Assembly: GCA_902763905.1 (NCBI GenBank)
Contig: CACWUA010000002.1
Coordinates: forward strand, 6,075 to 68,729
Direction of reading: 5' to 3'
Origin: an uncultured Pseudomonadota bacterium
GTDB lineage: Bacteria > Pseudomonadota > Alphaproteobacteria > RF32 > CAG-239
Length of the DNA: 62,655 nt
Shown: positions 59,419 to 62,655 of the stretch, in pieces
Layout of the letters: each line of letters starts with the position of its first letter
How positions within the stretch are numbered: position 1 is the first letter of the stretch
Notes under the pieces: model-generated
Database searches by the model: none
What the model saw: the letters and a program-made list of their open reading frames with translations, nothing else
Told to the model about the DNA's origin: nothing
Made by a program: the position numbers and the translations under genes

Positions 59419-59996
59419 ACATCTGTGTATTCGGCGCTTCTTCCGAGCGCATTGATCCCGCCTGTTTTGCCGACGCGCAGGAGCTCGGGGCGCTGATTGC
59501 CCGGGGCGGGCACCGTCTCGTATTCGGCGCGGGGCGGGAGGGGCTGATGGGCGCCTGCGCCCGCGGCGTACTGCAGGAGGGCGGCAGGCCGCTCGGCATC
59601 GCGCCGCGCTTTTTTGACGAGCCCGGCGTCCTGCTGCACGACGGCTGCGAGCTTCTTTTCACTGAGACCGTGGCCGAGCGCAAAAGTCTCATGGAAGAGG
59701 CGGCGGACGCCTTCATCGCCCTGCCGGGCGGAATCGGAACCTATGAGGAATTCTTCGAGGCGCTGACGCTCAAGCAGCTCGGCTGCCACCAAAAGCCCAT
59801 GGCGCTGCTCAATACCCTCGGCTGCTTTGACGCCCTCGACGCCCTCCTGCGCGGTACGGCGGAGCGGGGTTTCATGAGCGCGGAAGTATTGGGACTGTAT
59901 GCCCTGTGCAACACGCCGCAGGCTGCTCTCGATCACGTCACACGGCCTGTGAGCGCGCCGTCCGCGCCGCGGCCTTTGAGCGAATACAGCCGATAA
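59415..59996 (+). CDS. LOG-family (TIGR00730) nucleotide phosphoribohydrolase
   Basis: GAGREGLMG and LPGGIGTYEEFFE motifs. GGAGG RBS at 59402-59406. GC-rich codon usage. Confidence 0.85.
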   Translation: MNICVFGASSERIDPACFADAQELGALIARGGHRLVFGAGREGLMGACARGVLQEGGRPLGIAPRFFDEPGVLLHDGCELLFTETVAERKSLMEEAADAFIALPGGIGTYEEFFEALTLKQLGCHQKPMALLNTLGCFDALDALLRGTAERGFMSAEVLGLYALCNTPQAALDHVTRPVSAPSAPRPLSEYSR

Positions 59997-60104
59997 CGCC
60001 CCCCGCCTGACCTTGTTTTCCGTTTTTTTCTTTATGGGCTATTGAATTGAGCTTGTTTTTTTGATAGTATAGGTTATTAAAAAAAAGAAAAGCTGAAAAC
60101 GAAT

Positions 60105-62114
60105 ATGAAAAACAAGGACTGGAACATCCCATATACCAGGCCCTGTGTTTCGCGCGACCTCGCAGAGGCGGGTTTTTCACCGCTTCTGTGCCAGGTTCTC
60201 GCGCTGCGCGGGGTCGACAGCGCGGAAAAGGCCCGGCGTCTCCTGTATGGCGGGAAGGAATCCCTCTGCGATCCGATGCTCATGCTCGGCATGGACAAGG
60301 CGCGGGACCGGGTTCTGCGCGCCATTGAGCGGAAGGAGACCGTGGCGGTCTACGGCGACTATGACGTGGACGGCATCACCTCCACCTGTATGCTGACGGA
60401 CTGGCTGCGCGGCAAGGGCCTCACCTGCTATTACTATATCCCCGACCGGAATGAAGAGGGCTACGGGCTCAACTGCCTTGCGCTGGATTCTCTCAAGGCC
60501 CGGGGCGTGACGCTGGTCATCACGGTGGACTGCGGCATCACCGCCGTGGAGGAGGCCGCCCATGCCCGGGAAATCGGCGTGGACATGGTCATCACCGACC
60601 ACCATGAGTGCAGGCCGGACGCCCTGCCCGACGCCGTTGCCGTCGTGGACTGCAAGCAGGAGGGGGACGCTTACCCCAACAAGAGTCTCGCCGGGGTGGG
60701 CGTGGCGCTCAAGCTGGTCTGCGCCTGCGAGGGCGAATCCGACACCGTCCTGGAGCGCTACGCAGATCTCGCCGCCATCGGCACGGTGGCCGATGTAATG
60801 CCTCTGACCGAGGAAAACCGCTATCTCGTCCGACTCGGTCTCGAACAGATCGCCCGCAAGCCGAGGCCGGGTCTTGCCGCCATGCTGCGGGAATCGGCGA
60901 TCTCTCCGGCGCGCCTTACCGCCTCGACCATCGGCTTCAGTCTCGCCCCCCGGCTCAACGCGGCGGGCAGACTTGGCAGGGCTTCCGTCGCGGCAAAGCT
61001 CATTCTGAGCCGGGATGAGAACGTCGCCGCCTCCCTCGCCCGTGACCTGTGCGAGCTCAACCGCCGCCGTCAGAGCATTGAGAACGAGATCTGGAAGGAG
61101 GCAAACGCCCAGCTTGCCGGGAAGAAGGTCGACGGGCCCATCGTGCTGGCGAGCGAGCGCTGGAACCAGGGTGTGATCGGGATTGCGGCCTCCCGCCTTG
61201 CCGAGCAGTATTCCCTGCCCGCCATCATCGTCTGTCTCAACGGCGACGTCGGAAAGGGCTCCTGCCGCAGCTACGGCGGCTTCAATCTCTATGAGGCGCT
61301 CTCTGCCTGCTCGGATCAGCTCATCGGTTTCGGCGGGCACGCGCTGGCGGCGGGTCTGAACGTCCGGCGCGAGAAGCTGGAGGATTTCCGCGCCGCCCTG
61401 CGCGAATACTACAACGCGAACAAGCCCGAGCCTGTCCCGGAGGTGCAGTGTGATCTGCTCATCACGGATCCCGCCCTTCTTTCGCTGGACAACGTCCGCT
61501 CCCTCGATCTGCTGGAGCCTTACGGGAACGCAAATCCCAAGCCTCTCATGTGCATGAGCGGGGTGACGCTGGAGTCCCTGAGCGAGGTGGGCGGCGGCAA
61601 GCACGCCCGTTTTCGCGTCCGTCTGGGCGCGTCCTCCTTTGAATGTATTTTCTTCTCTCACAGCGCCGGCGATACCGGCGTGCGGGAGGGTGAACAGATC
61701 GATATCGCCTTTACCCCGCAGGTCAACGAGTACCGCGGCAACGTGACGGTACAGCTTGTCGCCGCCGCGGTGAGGCCCCACGATCCCCGCGCGCTGTGCA
61801 ACGCGATCCTGCACAATGAGGCGTCCTGTCTCTGGGCCGCGGCCGGCTACTGCCCGGAGCGTCCTGATTTTGTACGCATATGGCGCGGCATGAAGCCCGG
61901 CTTCCGGGTCGGCGCCGATACCGACGGGGTTCTCGCCCAGTGCCTGCGGGATATGGAGCCGGAAAAGTACAGTCTCTGTCTTATGGTCCTGAAGGAAACC
62001 GGCCTGCTCAGCGGCGGGACGGACGGGATTTACGGGGCGCAGCCGGCGCAGATTTCCGGCAAAGCCGATCTGGAGGCAACAACGCTTATCCGCAGTCTGC
62101 GGAGTTATCAGTAA
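60105..62114 (+). CDS. recJ: Single-stranded-DNA-specific exonuclease RecJ
   Basis: DHH motifs (VYGDYDVDGITS, TVDCG, ITDHH) and DHHA1 (GGHALAAG). Confidence 0.93.
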   Translation: MKNKDWNIPYTRPCVSRDLAEAGFSPLLCQVLALRGVDSAEKARRLLYGGKESLCDPMLMLGMDKARDRVLRAIERKETVAVYGDYDVDGITSTCMLTDWLRGKGLTCYYYIPDRNEEGYGLNCLALDSLKARGVTLVITVDCGITAVEEAAHAREIGVDMVITDHHECRPDALPDAVAVVDCKQEGDAYPNKSLAGVGVALKLVCACEGESDTVLERYADLAAIGTVADVMPLTEENRYLVRLGLEQIARKPRPGLAAMLRESAISPARLTASTIGFSLAPRLNAAGRLGRASVAAKLILSRDENVAASLARDLCELNRRRQSIENEIWKEANAQLAGKKVDGPIVLASERWNQGVIGIAASRLAEQYSLPAIIVCLNGDVGKGSCRSYGGFNLYEALSACSDQLIGFGGHALAAGLNVRREKLEDFRAALREYYNANKPEPVPEVQCDLLITDPALLSLDNVRSLDLLEPYGNANPKPLMCMSGVTLESLSEVGGGKHARFRVRLGASSFECIFFSHSAGDTGVREGEQIDIAFTPQVNEYRGNVTVQLVAAAVRPHDPRALCNAILHNEASCLWAAAGYCPERPDFVRIWRGMKPGFRVGADTDGVLAQCLRDMEPEKYSLCLMVLKETGLLSGGTDGIYGAQPAQISGKADLEATTLIRSLRSYQ

Positions 62115-62655
62115 TGGAGAAAGCCATGGATACGCAGGAACTGAAAAACAATATACAAGACCCCGACGCTCAGTTTGAGGCGCTTGTCCAGAAGATTGAG
62201 GACGGTACCCACAGCATGGACATGGGCCGCATCCGCGCCGCCTATGACATGGCGAAGATGGCCCACGCCGGTCAGAAACGGAAGGACGGCTCCCCCTATG
62301 TGACGCACTGCATCGCCGCCGCCGACATCAGCGTGGACATCGGTCTGGATGAGGATTCCATCATCGCGGCCCTGCTGCATGACGTGATCGAGGACACCAG
62401 CCTCACCCACGCGGACATTGCCAAGCAGTTCGGCCCCGCGGTGGCCGATATTGTGGAGGGTGTCACCAAGCTGACGCGGGTGCAGTACACCAGCAAGGAG
62501 GACGAGCAGGCGGAAAACCTGCGCAAGATGCTCCTTGCGATGGCAAAGGACATCCGCGTGGTGCTCATCAAGATCGCCGACCGCCTCCACAACATGCGCA
62601 CCATGGCCTACCAGACGCCGGAGAAGCAGAAATCCAAGTCGCTGGAGACCATGGA
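62114..62655 (+). CDS. relA: Bifunctional (p)ppGpp synthetase/hydrolase RelA/SpoT, 3'-partial (not in the supplied ORF track)
   Basis: My own translation from the ATG at 62114 (TAATG overlap with recJ): MEKAMDTQ...HAGQKRKDGSPYVTHCI...ALLHDVIEDT...ADRLHNMRT, which is the HD hydrolase domain. It runs off the window. Confidence 0.9.
   Translation, partial: MEKAMDTQELKNNIQDPDAQFEALVQKIEDGTHSMDMGRIRAAYDMAKMAHAGQKRKDGSPYVTHCIAAADISVDIGLDEDSIIAALLHDVIEDTSLTHADIAKQFGPAVADIVEGVTKLTRVQYTSKEDEQAENLRKMLLAMAKDIRVVLIKIADRLHNMRTMAYQTPEKQKSKSLETM

Noticed and set aside
60177-61814. A 545-aa ORF on the minus strand opposite recJ (plus 59397-59936 opposite the LOG gene and 62108-62604 opposite relA)
   Set aside because: These are typical stop-poor shadow frames of GC-rich DNA. 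The plus-strand products have clear RecJ, LOG and RelA motifs, whereas the antisense products are Arg/Gly/Ala-rich nonsense.
59400-62655. GC-rich block as a horizontally acquired genomic island
   Set aside because: There are no integrase, tRNA, direct repeats or mobility genes. The content is core housekeeping (recJ, relA). The boundary cuts a gene with no spacer. A chimeric assembly or concatenation is more parsimonious, though transfer cannot be formally excluded without reads.

Overview
The window joins two compositionally unrelated blocks. Positions 1 to about 59,400 are AT-rich (sampled 60-nt lines give 17-28 G+C). They read as chromosome from a diderm, alphaproteobacterium-like organism. 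Supporting synteny: lpxC-bamD-recN-uvrC-pgsA, yfgM-like/bamB/der, and a PopZ/DUF2497-like gene beside valS and near tolC. An Omp25/31-like porin and a type-A RNase P RNA are also present. From about 59,400 to the end the sequence is GC-rich (44/60 in a sampled line) and carries Firmicutes-style housekeeping genes (LOG, recJ, relA/spoT). The join cuts the C-terminus off glgP, so I read it as an assembly chimera or concatenation rather than biology. Notable content in the AT-rich block: (i) two tandem enlarged VirB6/TrbL-like type IV secretion proteins at the left edge, the second fused to a periplasmic M23 peptidase. (ii) A dual-HTH regulator followed by a 4-gene operon with an orphan secretin-like lipoprotein and an acidic protein carrying four W-x-x-V repeats; this is my best candidate for an undescribed envelope or secretion module. 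(iii) A complete N-type (Na+) ATPase operon, atpDCQRBEFAG, with a b-delta fusion. (iv) A modular intergenic repeat family at three 3'-end loci whose hairpin stems covary. (v) A 35-bp duplication of the der 3' end bracketing a structured insert. (vi) A two-gene locus of large repeat-bearing effector-like proteins. No transposase, integrase, tRNA, rRNA or CRISPR array was seen. All domain calls come from motifs read by eye, with no database search.
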